Assembly: GCA_048128005.1 (NCBI GenBank)
Contig: JBEUKZ010000057.1
Location: 1-64,000 of the forward strand
Direction of reading: 5' to 3'
DNA from: Veleropilina oligotropha
Taxonomy: Eukaryota
Length of the DNA: 64,000 nucleotides
A model generated the notes under the pieces. The model worked only from the letters and a program-made list of their open reading frames with translations. It was not told the DNA's origin and made no database searches. Numbering within the stretch: position 1 is the first letter of the stretch; every line of letters begins with the position of its first letter. The translations under genes were made by a program, and so were the position numbers. This document shows positions 28,401 to 43,400 of the stretch, piece after piece.

Positions 28401-31400
28401 CACTTCAGATATTTACAGAATTATTGCCCTTTTCTCAAATTATATAAAATGATCTTTTTCGAACCATCTGTGCGCTGGTGGGATATGTCATCTCCTGATG
28501 GATCTTGTTATAATTTGCACTAAAATAGAGTATTTGAATTTTCAGCTCCAATACCTTATGAGAATTACTATGTATCCCAGAAAAATGGTAACAGTAACCA
28601 GGGCGGAACGTTGTCAAGACCACCGAGGCCAGCCGAGCCACTGCCCAATCACCGCAACCAAAGACCACTGCCTGTACCAGTAGGTCAACCTCAAGGTAAG
28701 GACAGCCAATCATGTGGCATTCTCAAAGCCAAAGACCACTGCCCATAGAGTGGATCAACCTCAAGGTAAGGACCGCTAACATGTGGAATCACCACAATTA
28801 AAGACCACTGCCCAAACCAGTGGGTCAATCTCAAGGTAAGGACAGCCAACCATGTGACAATCTCACAACCATAGACCACTGCCCGTACCAGTGGGTCAAC
28901 CTCAAGGTAGGGACAGCCAATCATGTGGCAATCTCACAACCAAAGACTACTGCCCGTATCAGTGGTTCAATCTCAAGGTAAGGACCGCCAACCATGTGGA
29001 ATTTTCACAACCAAAGACCACTGCCTGTACCAGTGGTTCAATCTCAAGGTAAGGACAGCCAACCATGTGGCATTTTCACAACCAAAGACCACTGCCCGAA
29101 CCAGTGGGTCAGTCTCAAGGTAAGGACAGCCAATCATGTGGCAATCTCACAACCAAAGACTACTGCCCGTATCAGTGGTTCAATCTCAAGGTAAGGACCG
29201 CCAACCATGTGGAATTTTCACAACCAAAGACCACTGCCTGTACCAGTGGTTCAATCTCAAGGTAAGGACAGCCAACCATGTGGCATTCTCACAACCAAAG
29301 ACCACTGCCCATACCAGTGGTTCAATCTCAAGGTAATTAAGAACTGCTACCAAGTGGAATCACCACAACTAAAGAGCATTGTCTTTACCAGTTGCAACGA
29401 ACCATATATTTCTAGGGCCACCGGTAATGTACTGGATAAGACCTCCCAATTCACTCACTTTAATTTCTGATTCAAATGACGATGAGTAGATTCAAATCCT
29501 GTGCTTGTCACTTGGTTCAATAAGCAGTAGCATCTGTCATGGCAGTAACTAGCCTGTGAGTGAGCGGCCGGGCAGTATCATTTATCCATGGCAGTAACTA
29601 GCCTGTGAGTGAGCGGCCGGGCAGTAGCATTTGTCCATAGCAGTAACTAGCCTGTGACTGAGCGGCCGGGTAGTATCATCTGTCCATGGCGTAACTAGCC
29701 TGTGAGTGAGCGGCCGGGTAGTATCATCTGTCATGGCAGTAACTAGCCTGTGAGTGAGCGGCCGGGCAGTAGCATCTGTCATGGCAGTAACTAGCCTGTG
29801 AGTGAGCGGCCGGGCAGTAGCATCTGTCATGGCAGTAACTAGCCTGTGAGTGAGCGGCCGGGCAGTATCATCTGTCATGGCAGTAACTAGCCTGTGAGTG
29901 AGCGGCCGGGCAGTATCATCTGTCATGGCAGTAACTAGCCTGTGAGTGAGCGGCCAGGCAGTATCATCTGTCCATGGCAGTAACTAGCCTGTGAGTGAGC
30001 GGCCAGGCAGTATCATCTGTCCATGGCAGTAACTAGCCTGTGAGTGAGCGGTCGGGCAGTAGCATCTGTCATGGCAGTAACTAGCCTGTGAGTGAGCGGC
30101 CGGGCAGTAGCATCTGTCATGGCAGTAACTAGCCTGTGAGTGAGCGGCCAGGCAGTAGCATCTGTCATGGCAGTAACTAGCCTGTGAGTGAGCGGCCGGG
30201 CAGTAGCATCTGTCATGGCAGTAACTAGCCTGTGAGTGAGCGGCCGAGCAGTAGCATCTGTCATGGCAGTAACTAGCCTGTGAGTGAGCGGCCGGGCAGT
30301 AGCATCTGTCATGGCAGTAACTAGCCTGTGAGTGAGCGGCCGGGCAGTAGCATCTGTCATGGCAGTAACTAGCCTGTGAGTGAGCGGCCAGGCAGTAGCA
30401 TCTGTCATGGCAGTAACTAGCCTGTGAGTGAGCGGCCGGGCAGTAGCATCTGTCATGGCAGTAACTAGCCTGTGAGTGAGCGGCCGGGCAGTAGCATCTG
30501 TCATGGCAGTAACTAGCCTGTGAGTGAGCGGCCGGGCAGTAGCATCTGTCATGGCAGTAACTAGCCTGTGAGTGAGCGGCCGGGCAGTAGCATCTGTCAT
30601 GGCAGTAACTAGCCTGTGAGTGAGCGGCCGGGCAGTAGCATCTGTCATGGCAGTAACTAGCCTGTGAGTGAGCGGCCGGGCAGTAGCATCTGTCATGGCA
30701 GTAACTAGCCTGTGAGTGATGGCCAGGCATCTGTCATGGCAGTAACTAGCCTGTGAGTGAGCGGCCGGGCAGTAGCATCTGTAATGGCAGTAACTAGCCT
30801 GTGAGTGAGCGGCCGGGCAGTAGCATCTGTCATGGCAGTAACTAGCCTGTGAGTGAGCGGCCAGGCAGTAGCATCTGTCATGGCAGTAACTAGCCTGTGA
30901 GTGAGCGGCCGGGCAGTAGCATCTGTCATGGCAGTAACTAGCCTGTGAGTGAGCGGCCGGGCAGTAGCATCTGTCATGGCAGTAACTAGCCTGTGAGTGA
31001 TGGCCAGGCATCTGTCATGGCAGTAACTAGCCTGTGAGTGAGCGGCCGGGCAGTAGCATCTGTAATGGCAGTAACTAGCCTGTGAGTGAGCGGCCGGGCA
31101 GTAGCATCTGTCATGGCAGTAACTAGCCTGTGAGTGAGCGGCCGGGCAGTAGCATCTGTCATGGCAGTAACTAGCCTGTGAGTGAGCGGCCGGGCAGTAG
31201 CATCTGTCATGGCAGTAACTAGCCTGTGAGTGAGCGGCCAGGCAGTAGCATCTGTCATGGCAGTAACTAGCCTGTGAGTGAGCGGCCGGGCAGTAGCATC
31301 TGTCATGGCAGTAACTAGCCTGTGAGTGATGGCCAGGCATCTGTCATGGCAGTAACTAGCCTGTGAGTGAGCGGCCGGGCAGTAGCATCTGTCATGGCAG

Positions 31401-34400
31401 TAACTAGCCTGTGAGTGAGCGGCCGGGCAGTAGCATCTGTCATGGCAGTAACTAGCCTGTGAGTGAGCGGCCAGGCAGTAGCATCTGTCATGGCAGTAAC
31501 TAGCCTGTGAGTGAGCGGCCGGGCAGTAGCATCTGTCATGGCAGTAACTAGCCTGTGAGTGAGCGGCCGGGCAGTAGCATCTGTCATGGCAGTAACTAGC
31601 CTGTGAGTGAGCGGCCAGGCAGTAGCATCTGTCATGGCAGTAACTAGCCTGTGAGTGAGCGGCCGGGCAGTAGCATCTGTCATGGCAGTAACTAGCCTGT
31701 GAGTGAGCCTCCGGGCAGTATCATTTATCCATGGCAGTAACTAGCCTGTGAGTGAGCGGCCGGGCAGTAGCATTTGTCCATAGCAGTAACTAGCCTGTGA
31801 CTGAGCGGCCGGGTAGTATCATCTGTCCATGGCAGTAACTAGCCTGTGAGTGAGCGGCCGGGTAGTATCATCTGTCCATGGCAGTAACTAGCCTGTGAGT
31901 GAGCGGCCGGGCAGTATCATCTGTCCATGGCAGTAACTAGCCTGTGAGTGAGCGGCCGGGCAGTAGCATCTGTCATGGCAGTAACTAGCCTGTGAGTGAG
32001 CGGCCGGGCAGTAGCATCTGTCATGGCAGTAACTAGCCTGTGAGTGAGCGGCCAGGCAGTAGCATCTGTCATGACAGTAACTAGCCTGTGAGTGAGCGGC
32101 CGGGCAGTAGCATCTGTCATGGCAGTAACTAGCCTGTGAGTGAGCGGCCGGGCAGTATCATCTGTCCATGGCAGTAACTAGCCTGTGAGTGAGCGGCCGG
32201 GCAGTAGCATCTGTCATGGCAGTAACTAGCCTGTGAGTGAGCGGCCAGGCAGTATCATCTGTCCATGGCAGTAACTAGCCTGTGAGTGAGCGGCCGGGCA
32301 GTAGCATCTGTCATGGCAGTAACTAGCCTGTGAGTGAGCGGCCGGGCAGTAGCATCTGTCATGGCAGTAACTATCCTGTGAGTGAGCGGCCGGGCAGTAG
32401 CATCTGTCATGGCAGTAACTAGCCTGTGAGTGAGCGGCCGGGCAGTAGCATCTGTCATGGCAGTAACTAGCCTGTGAGTGAGCGGCCGGGCAGTATCATC
32501 TGTCATGGCAGTAACTAGCCTGTGAGTGAGCGGCCGGGCAGTAGCATCTGTCATGGCAGTAACTAGCCTGTGATTGAGCGGCCGGGCAGTATCATCTGTC
32601 CATGGCAGTAACTAGCCTGTGAGTGAGCGGCCAGGCAGTAGCATCTGTCATGGCAGTAACTAGCCTGTGAGTGAGCGACCGGGCAGTAGCATCTGTCATG
32701 GCAGTAACTAGCCTGTGAGTGAGCGGCCGGGCAGTAGCATCTGTCATGGCAGTAACTAGCCTGTGAGTGAGCGGCCGGGCAGTATCATCTGTCATGGCAG
32801 TAACTAGCCTGTGAGTGAGCGGCCGGGCAGTAGCATCTGTCATGGCAGTAACTAGCCTGTGAGTGAGCGGCCGGGCAGTAGCATCTGTCATGGCAGTAAC
32901 TAGCCTGTGAGTGAGCGGCCGGGCAGTAGCATCTGTCATGGCAGTAACTAGCCTGTGAGTGAGCGGCCGGGCAGTATCATTTATCCATGGCAGTAACTAG
33001 CCTGTGAGTGAGCGGCCGGGCAGTAGCATCTGTCATGGCAGTAACTAGCCTGTGAGTGAGCGGCCGGGCAGTAGCATCTGTCATGGCAGTAACTAGCCTG
33101 TGAGTGAGCGGCCGGGCAGTATCATTTATCCATGGCAGTAACTAGCCTGTGAGTGAGCGGCCGGGCAGTAGCATCTGTCATGGCAGTAACTAGCCTGTGA
33201 GTGAGCGGCCGGGCAGTAGCATCTGTCATGGCAGTAACTAGCCTGTGAGTGAGCGGCCGGGCAGTAGCATCTGTCATGGCAGTAAGTAGCCTGTGAGTGA
33301 GCGGCTGGGCAGTAGCATCTGTCATGGCAGTAACTAGCCTGTGAGTGAGCGGCCGGGCAGTATCATTTATCCATGGCAGTAACTAGCCTGTGAGTGAGCG
33401 GCCGGGCAGTAGCATTTGTCCATAGCAGTAACTAGCCTGTGAGTGAGCGGCCGGGCAGTAGCATCTGTCATGGCAGTAACTAGCCTGTGAGTGAGCGGCC
33501 GGGCAGTAGCATCTGTCATGGCAGTAACTAGCCTGTGAGTGAGCGGCCGGGCAGTAGCATCTGTCATGGCAGTAACTAGCCTGTGAGTGAGCGGCCGAGC
33601 AGTAGCATCTGTCATGGCAGTAACTAGCCTGTGAGTGAGCGGCCGGGCAGTAGCATCTGTCATGGCAGTAACTAGCCTGTGAGTGAGCGGCCAGGCAGTA
33701 GCATCTGTCATGGCAGTAACTAGCCTGTGAGTGAGCGGCCGGGCAGTAGCATCTGTCATGGCAGTAACTAGCCTGTGAGTGAGCGGCCGGGCAGTAGCAT
33801 CTGTCATGGCAGTAACTAGCCTGTGAGTGAGCGGCCGGGCAGTAGCATCTGTCATGGCAGTAACTAGCCTGTGAGTGAGCGGCCGGGCAGTAGCATCTGT
33901 CATGGCAGTAACTAGCCTGTGAGTGAGCGGCCGGGCAGTAGCATCTGTCATGGCAGTAACTAGCCTGTGAGTGAGCGGCCGGGCAGTAGCATCTGTCATG
34001 GCAGTAACTAGCCTGTGAGTGAGCGGCCGGGCAGTAGCATCTGTCATGGCAGTAACTATCCTGTGAGTGAGCGGCCGGGCAGTAGCATCTGTCATGGCAG
34101 TAACTAGCCTGTGAGTGAGCGGCCGGGCAGTAGCATCTGTCATGGCAGTAACTAGCCTGTGAGTGAGCGGCCGGGCAGTATCATCTGTCATGGCAGTAAC
34201 TAGCCTGTGAGTGAGCGGCCGGGCAGTAGCATCTGTCATGGCAGTAACTAGCCTGTGATTGAGCGGCCGGGCAGTATCATCTGTCCATGGCAGTAACTAG
34301 CCTGTGAGTGAGCGGCCAGGCAGTAGCATCTGTCATGGCAGTAACTAGCCTGTGAGTGAGCGACCGGGCAGTAGCATCTGTCATGGCAGTAACTAGCCTG

Positions 34401-37400
34401 TGAGTGAGCGGCCGGGCAGTAGCATCTGTCATGGCAGTAACTAGCCTGTGAGTGAGCGGCCGGGCAGTATCATCTGTCATGGCAGTAACTAGCCTGTGAG
34501 TGAGCGGCCGGGCAGTAGCATCTGTCATGGCAGTAACTAGCCTGTGAGTGAGCGGCCGGGCAGTAGCATCTGTCATGGCAGTAACTAGCCTGTGAGTGAG
34601 CGGCCGGGCAGTAGCATCTGTCATGGCAGTAACTAGCCTGTGAGTGAGCGGCCGGGCAGTATCATTTATCCATGGCAGTAACTAGCCTGTGAGTGAGCGG
34701 CCGGGCAGTAGCATCTGTCATGGCAGTAACTAGCCTGTGAGTGAGCGGCCGGGCAGTAGCATCTGTCATGGCAGTAACTAGCCTGTGAGTGAGCGGCCGG
34801 GCAGTATCATTTATCCATGGCAGTAACTAGCCTGTGAGTGAGCGGCCGGGCAGTAGCATCTGTCATGGCAGTAACTAGCCTGTGAGTGAGCGGCCGGGCA
34901 GTAGCATCTGTCATGGCAGTAACTAGCCTGTGAGTGAGCGGCCGGGCAGTAGCATCTGTCATGGCAGTAACTAGCCTGTGAGTGAGCGGCTGGGCAGTAG
35001 CATCTGTCATGGCAGTAACTAGCCTGTGAGTGAGCGGCCGGGCAGTATCATTTATCCATGGCAGTAACTAGCCTGTGAGTGAGCGGCCGGGCAGTAGCAT
35101 TTGTCCATAGCAGTAACTAGCCTGTGAGTGAGCGGCCGGGCAGTAGCATCTGTCATGGCAGTAACTAGCCTGTGAGTGAGCGGCCGGGCAGTAGCATCTG
35201 TCATGGCAGTAACTAGCCTGTGAGTGAGCGGCCGGGCAGTAGCATCTGTCATGGCAGTAACTAGCCTGTGAGTGAGCGGCCGAGCAGTAGCATCTGTCAT
35301 GGCAGTAACTAGCCTGTGAGTGAGCGGCCGGGCAGTAGCATCTGTCATGGCAGTAACTAGCCTGTGAGTGAGCGGCCAGGCAGTAGCATCTGTCATGGCA
35401 GTAACTAGCCTGTGAGTGAGCGGCCGGGCAGTAGCATCTGTCATGGCAGTAACTAGCCTGTGAGTGAGCGGCCGGGCAGTAGCATCTGTCATGGCAGTAA
35501 CTAGCCTGTGAGTGAGCGGCCGGGCAGTAGCATCTGTCATGGCAGTAACTAGCCTGTGAGTGAGCGGCCGGGCAGTAGCATCTGTCATGGCAGTAACTAG
35601 CCTGTGAGTGAGCGGCCGGGCAGTAGCATCTGTCATGGCAGTAACTAGCCTGTGAGTGAGCGGCCGGGCAGTAGCATCTGTCATGGCAGTAACTAGCCTG
35701 TGAGTGATGGCCAGGCATCTGTCATGGCAGTAACTAGCCTGTGAGTGAGCGGCCGGGCAGTAGCATCTATCATGGCAGTAACTAGCCTGTGAGTGAGCGG
35801 CCGGGCAGTAGCATCTGTCATGGCAGTAACTAGCCTGTGAGTGAGCGGCCAGGCAGTAGCATCTGTCATGGCAGTAACTAGCCTGTGAGTGAGCGGCCGG
35901 GCAGTAGCATCTGTCATGGCAGTAACTAGCCTGTGAGTGAGCGGCCGGGCAGTAGCATCTGTCATGGCAGTAACTAGCCTGTGAGTGAGCGGCCAGGCAG
36001 TAGCATCTGTCATGGCAGTAACTAGCCTGTGAGTGAGCGGCCGGGCAGTAGCATCTGTCATGGCAGTAACTAGCCTGTGAGTGATGGCCAGGCATCTGTC
36101 ATGGCAGTAACTAGCCTGTGAGTGAGCGGCCGGGCAGTAGCATCTGTCATGGCAGTAACTAGCCTGTGAGTGAGCGGCCGGGCAGTAGCATCTGTCATGG
36201 CAGTAACTAGCCTGTGAGTGAGCGGCCAGGCAGTAGCATCTGTCATGGCAGTAACTAGCCTGTGAGTGAGCGGCCGGGCAGTAGCATCTGTCATGGCAGT
36301 AACTAGCCTGTGAGTGAGCGGCCGGGCAGTAGCATCTGTCATGGCAGTAACTAGCCTGTGAGTGAGCGGCCAGGCAGTAGCATCTGTCATGGCAGTAACT
36401 AGCCTGTGAGTGAGCGGCCGGGCAGTAGCATCTGTCATGGCAGTAACTAGCCTGTGAGTGAGCCTCCGGGCAGTATCATTTATCCATGGCAGTAACTAGC
36501 CTGTGAGTGAGCGGCCGGGCAGTAGCATTTGTCCATAGCAGTAACTAGCCTGTGACTGAGCGGCCGGGTAGTATCATCTGTCATGGCAGTAACTAGCCTG
36601 TGAGTGAGCGGCCGGGTAGTATCATCTGTCCATGGCAGTAACTAGCCTGTGAGTGAGCGGCCGGGCAGTATCATCTGTCATGGCAGTAACTAGCCTGTGA
36701 GTGAGCGGCCAGGCAGTAGCATCTGTCATGGCAGTAACTAGCCTGTGAGTGAGCGGCCGGGCAGTAGCATCTGTCATGGCAGTAACTAGCCTGTGAGTGA
36801 GCCTCCGGGCAGTATCATTTATCCATGGCAGTAACTAGCCTGTGAGTGAGCGGCCGGGCAGTAGCATTTGTCCATAGCAGTAACTAGCCTGTGACTGAGC
36901 GGCCGGGTAGTATCATCTGTCCATGGCAGTAACTAGCCTGTGAGTGAGCGGCCGGGCAGTAGCATCTGTCATGGCAGTAACTAGCCTGTGAGTGAGCGGC
37001 CAGGCAGTATCATCTGTCCATGGCAGTAACTAGCCTGTGAGTGAGCGGCCGGGCAGTAGCATCTGTCATGGCAGTAACTAGCCTGTGAGTGAGCGGCCGG
37101 GCAGTAGCATCTGTCATGGCAGTAACTAGCCTGTGAGTGAGCGGCCGGGCAGTAGCATCTGTCATGGCAGTAACTAGCCTGTGAGTGAGCGGCCGGGCAG
37201 TAGCATCTGTCATGGCAGTAACTAGCCTGTGAGTGAGCGGCCGGGCAGTATCATCTGTCATGGCAGTAACTAGCCTGTGAGTGAGCGGCCGGGCAGTAGC
37301 ATCTGTCATGGCAGTAACTAGCCTGTGATTGAGCGGCCGGGCAGTATCATCTGTCCATGGCAGTAACTAGCCTGTGAGTGAGCGGCCAGGCAGTATCATC

Positions 37401-40400
37401 TGTCCATGGCAGTAACTAGCCTGTGAGTGAGCGGTCGGGCAGTAGCATCTGTCATGGCAGTAACTAGCCTGTGAGTGAGCGGCCAGGCAGTATCATCTGT
37501 CCATGGCAGTAACTAGCCTGTGAGTGAGCGGCCAGGCAGTAGCATCTGTCATGGCAGTAACTAGCCTGTGAGTGAGCGGCCGGGCAGTAGCATCTGTCAT
37601 GGCAGTAACTAGCCTGTGAGTGAGCGGCCGGGCAGTAGCATCTGTCATGGCAGTAACTAGCCTGTGAGTGAGCGGCCGGGCAGTATCATCTGTCATGGCA
37701 GTAACTAGCCTGTGAGTGAGCGGCCGGGCAGTAGCATCTGTCATGGCAGTAACTAGCCTGTGAGTGAGCGGCCGGGCAGTAGCATCTGTCATGGCAGTAA
37801 CTAGCCTGTGAGTGAGCGGCCGGGCAGTAGCATCTGTCATGGCAGTAACTAGCCTGTGAGTGAGCGGCCGGGCAGTATCATTTATCCATGGCAGTAACTA
37901 GCCTGTGAGTGAGCGGCCGGGCAGTAGCATCTGTCATGGCAGTAACTAGCCTGTGAGTGAGCGGCCGGGCAGTAGCATCTGTCATGGCAGTAACTAGCCT
38001 GTGAGTGAGCGGCCGGGCAGTATCATTTATCCATGGCAGTAACTAGCCTGTGAGTGAGCGGCCGGGCAGTAGCATCTGTCATGGCAGTAACTAGCCTGTG
38101 AGTGAGCGGCCGGGCAGTAGCATCTGTCATGGCAGTAACTAGCCTGTGAGTGAGCGGCCGGGCAGTAGCATCTGTCATGGCAGTAACTAGCCTGTGAGTG
38201 AGCGGCCGGGCAGTAGCATCTGTCATGGCAGTAACTAGCCTGTGAGTGAGCGGCCGGGCAGTATCATTTATCCATGGCAGTAACTAGCCTGTGAGTGAGC
38301 GGCCGGGCAGTAGCATTTGTCCATAGCAGTAACTAGCCTGTGAGTGAGCGGCCGGGCAGTAGCATCTGTCATGGCAGTAACTAGCCTGTGAGTGAGCGGC
38401 CGGGCAGTAGCATCTGTCATGGCAGTAACTAGCCTGTGAGTGAGCGGCCGGGCAGTAGCATCTGTCATGGCAGTAACTAGCCTGTGAGTGAGCGGCCGAG
38501 CAGTAGCATCTGTCATGGCAGTAACTAGCCTGTGAGTGAGCGGCCGGGCAGTAGCATCTGTCATGGCAGTAACTAGCCTGTGAGTGAGCGGCCGGGCAGT
38601 AGCATCTGTCATGGCAGTAACTAGCCTGTGAGTGAGCGGCCAGGCAGTAGCATCTGTCATGGCAGTAACTAGCCTGTGAGTGAGCGGCCGGGCAGTAGCA
38701 TCTGTCATGGCAGTAACTAGCCTGTGAGTGAGCGGCCGGGCAGTAGCATCTGTCATGGCAGTAACTAGCCTGTGAGTGAGCGGCCGGGCAGTAGCATCTG
38801 TCATGGCAGTAACTAGCCTGTGAGTGAGCGGCCGGGCAGTAGCATCTGTCATGGCAGTAACTAGCCTGTGAGTGAGCGGCCGGGCAGTAGCATCTGTCAT
38901 GGCAGTAACTAGCCTGTGAGTGAGCGGCCGGGCAGTAGCATCTGTCATGGCAGTAACTAGCCTGTGAGTGATGGCCAGGCATCTGTCATGGCAGTAACTA
39001 GCCTGTGAGTGAGCGGCCGGGCAGTAGCATCTGTCATGGCAGTAACTAGCCTGTGAGTGAGCGGCCGGGCAGTAGCATCTGTCATGGCAGTAACTAGCCT
39101 GTGAGTGAGCGGCCAGGCAGTAGCATCTGTCATGGCAGTAACTAGCCTGTGAGTGAGCGGCCGGGCAGTAGCATCTGTCATGGCAGTAACTAGCCTGTGA
39201 GTGAGCGGCCGGGCAGTAGCATCTGTCATGGCAGTAACTAGCCTGTGAGTGAGCGGCCAGGCAGTAGCATCTGTCATGGCAGTAACTAGCCTGTGAGTGA
39301 GCGGCCGGGCAGTAGCATCTGTCATGGCAGTAACTAGCCTGTGAGTGATGGCCAGGCATCTGTCATGGCAGTAACTAGCCTGTGAGTGAGCGGCCGGGCA
39401 GTAGCATCTGTCATGGCAGTAACTAGCCTGTGAGTGAGCGGCCGGGCAGTAGCATCTGTCATGGCAGTAACTAGCCTGTGAGTGAGCGGCCAGGCAGTAG
39501 CATCTGTCATGGCAGTAACTAGCCTGTGAGTGAGCGGCCGGGCAGTAGCATCTGTCATGGCAGTAACTAGCCTGTGAGTGAGCGGCCGGGCAGTAGCATC
39601 TGTCATGGCAGTAACTAGCCTGTGAGTGAGCGGCCAGGCAGTAGCATCTGTCATGGCAGTAACTAGCCTGTGAGTGAGCGGCCGGGCAGTAGCATCTGTC
39701 ATGGCAGTAACTAGCCTGTGAGTGAGCCTCCGGGCAGTATCATTTATCCATGGCAGTAACTAGCCTGTGAGTGAGCGGCCGGGCAGTAGCATTTGTCCAT
39801 AGCAGTAACTAGCCTGTGACTGAGCGGCCGGGTAGTATCATCTGTCCATGGCAGTAACTAGCCTGTGAGTGAGCGGCCGGGTAGTATCATCTGTCCATGG
39901 CAGTAACTAGCCTGTGAGTGAGCGGCCAGGCAGTATCATCTGTCCATGGCAGTAACTAGCCTGTGAGTGAGCGGCCGGGCAGTAGCATCTGTCATGGCAG
40001 TAACTAGCCTGTGAGTGAGCGGCCGGGCAGTAGCATCTGTCATGGCAGTAACTAGCCTGTGAGTGAGCGGCCAGGCAGTAGCATCTGTCATGACAGTAAC
40101 TAGCCTGTGAGTGAGCGGCCGGGCAGTAGCATCTGTCATGGCAGTAACTAGCCTGTGAGTGAGCGGCCGGGCAGTATCATCTGTCCATGGCAGTAACTAG
40201 CCTGTGAGTGAGCGGCCGGGCAGTAGCATCTGTCATGGCAGTAACTAGCCTGTGAGTGAGCGGCCAGGCAGTATCATCTGTCCATGGCAGTAACTAGCCT
40301 GTGAGTGAGCGGCCGGGCAGTAGCATCTGTCATGGCAGTAACTAGCCTGTGAGTGAGCGGCCGGGCAGTAGCATCTGTCATGGCAGTAACTAGCCTGTGA

Positions 40401-43400
40401 GTGAGCGGCCGGGCAGTAGCATCTGTCATGGCAGTAACTAGCCTGTGAGTGAGCGGCCGGGCAGTAGCATCTGTCATGGCAGTAACTAGCCTGTGAGTGA
40501 GCGGCCGGGCAGTATCATCTGTCATGGCAGTAACTAGCCTGTGAGTGAGCGGCCGGGCAGTAGCATCTGTCATGGCAGTAACTAGCCTGTGATTGAGCGG
40601 CCGGGCAGTATCATCTGTCCATGGCAGTAACTAGCCTGTGAGTGAGCGGCCAGGCAGTATCATCTGTCCATGGCAGTAACTAGCCTGTGAGTGAGCGGTC
40701 GGGCAGTAGCATCTGTCATGGCAGTAACTAGCCTGTGAGTGAGCGGCCAGGCAGTATCATCTGTCCATGGCAGTAACTAGCCTGTGAGTGAGCGGCCAGG
40801 CAGTAGCATCTGTCATGGCAGTAACTAGCCTGTGAGTGAGCGGCCGGGCAGTAGCATCTGTCATGGCAGTAACTAGCCTGTGAGTGAGCGGCCGAGCAGT
40901 AGCATCTGTCATGGCAGTAACTAGCATGTGAGTGAGCGGCCGGGCAGTATCATCTGTCATGGCAGTAACTAGCCTGTGAGTGAGCGGCCGGGCAGTAGCA
41001 TCTGTCATGGCAGTAACTAGCCTGTGAGTGAGCGGCCGGGCAGTAGCATCTGTCATGGCAGTAACTAGCCTGTGAGTGAGCGGCCGGGCAGTAGCATCTG
41101 TCATGGCAGTAACTAGCCTGTGAGTGAGCGGCCGGGCAGTATCATTTATCCATGGCAGTAACTAGCCTGTGAGTGAGCGGCCGGGCAGTAGCATCTGTCA
41201 TGGCAGTAACTAGCCTGTGAGTGAGCGGCCGGGCAGTAGCATCTGTCATGGCAGTAACTAGCCTGTGAGTGAGCGGCCGGGCAGTATCATTTATCCATGG
41301 CAGTAACTAGCCTGTGAGTGAGCGGCCGGGCAGTAGCATCTGTCATGGCAGTAACTAGCCTGTGAGTGAGCGGCCGGGCAGTAGCATCTGTCATGGCAGT
41401 AACTAGCCTGTGAGTGAGCGGCCGGGCAGTAGCATCTGTCATGGCAGTAACTAGCCTGTGAGTGAGCGGCCGGGCAGTAGCATCTGTCATGGCAGTAACT
41501 AGCCTGTGAGTGAGCGGCCGGGCAGTATCATTTATCCATGGCAGTAACTAGCCTGTGAGTGAGCGGCCGGGCAGTAGCATTTGTCCATAGCAGTAACTAG
41601 CCTGTGAGTGAGCGGCCGGGTAGTATCATCTGTCCATGGCAGTAACTAGCCTGTGAGTGAGTGGCCGGGCAGTATCATCTGTCCATGGCAGTAACTAGCC
41701 TGTGAGTGAGCGGCCGGGCAGTAGCATCTGTCATGGCAGTAACTAGCCTGTGAGTGATGGCCAGGCATCTGTCATGGCAGTAACTAGCCTGTGAGTGAGC
41801 GGCCGGGCAGTATCATTTATCCATGGCAGTAACTAGCCTGTGAGTGAGCGGCCGGGCAGTAGCATCTGTCATGGCAGTAACTAGCCTGTGAGTGAGCGGC
41901 CGGGCAGTAGCATCTGTCATGGCAGTAACTAGCCTGTGAGTGAGCGGCCGGGCAGTAGCATCTGTCATGGCAGTAACTAGCCTGTTAGTGAGCGGCCGGG
42001 CAGTAGCATCTGTCATGGCAGTAACTAGCCTGTGAGTGAGCGGCCGGGCAGTATCATTTATCCATGGCAGTAACTAGCCTGTGAGTGAGCGGCCGGGCAG
42101 TAGCATTTGTCCATAGCAGTAACTAGCCTGTGACTGAGCGGCCGGGTAGTATCATCTGTCCATGGCAGTAACTAGCCTGTGAGTGAGCGGCCGGGTAGTA
42201 TCATCTGTCCATGGCAGTAACTAGCCTGTGAGTGAGCGGCCGGGCTGTATCATCTGTCCATGGCAGTAACTAGCCTGTGAGTGAGCGGCCGGGCAGTAGC
42301 ATCTGTCATGGCAGTAACTAGCCTGTGAGTGAGCGGCCGGGCAGTAGCATCTGTCATGGCAGTAACTAGCCTGTGAGTGAGCGGCCGGGCAGTAGCATCT
42401 GTCATGGCAGTAACTAGCCTGTGAGTGAGCGGCCGGGCAGTATCATTTATCCATGGCAGTAACTAGCCTGTGAGTGAGCGGCCGGGCAGTAGCATTTGTC
42501 CATAGCAGTAACTAGCCTGTGACTGAGCGGCCGGGTAGTATCATCTGTCCATGGCAGTAACTAGCCTGTGAGTGAGCGGCCGGGTAGTATCATCTGTCCA
42601 TGGCAGTAACTAGCCTGTGAGTGAGCGGCCGGGCTGTATCATCTGTCCATGGCAGTAGCTAGCCTGTGAGTGAGCGGCCGGGCAGTAGCATCTGTCATGG
42701 CAGTAACTAGCCTGTGAGTGAGCGGCCGGGCAGTAGCATCTGTCATGGCAGTAACTAGCCTGTGAGTGAGCGGCCAGGCAGTAGCATCTGTCATGACAGT
42801 AACTAGCCTGTGAGTGAGCGGCCGGGCAGTAGCATCTGTCATGGCAGTAACTAGCCTGTGAGTGAGCGGCCAGGCAGTAGCATCTGTCATGGCAGTAACT
42901 AGCCTGTGAGTGAGTGGCCGGGCAGTATCATCTGTCCATGGCAGTAACTAGCCTGTGAGTGAGCGGCCAGGCAGTATCATCTGTCCATGGCAGTAACTAG
43001 CCTGTGAGTGAGCGGCCGGGCAGTAGCATCTGTCATGGCAGTAACTAGCCTGTGAGTGAGCGGCCAGGCAGTATCATCTGTCCATGGCAGTAACTAGCCT
43101 GTGAGTGAGCGGCCGGGCAGTAGCATCTGTCATGGCAGTAACTAGCCTGTGAGTGAGCGGCCGGGCAGTAGCATCTGTCATGGCAGTAACTAGCCTGTGA
43201 GTGAGCGGCCGGGCAGTAGCATCTGTCATGGCAGTAACTAGCCTGTGAGTGAGCGGCCGGGCAGTAGCATCTGTCATGGCAGTAACTAGCCTGTGAGTGA
43301 GCGGCCGGGCAGTAGCATCTGTCATGGCAGTAACTAGCCTGTGAGTGAGCGGCCAGGCAGTATCATCTGTCCATGGCAGTAACTAGCCTGTGAGTGAGCG

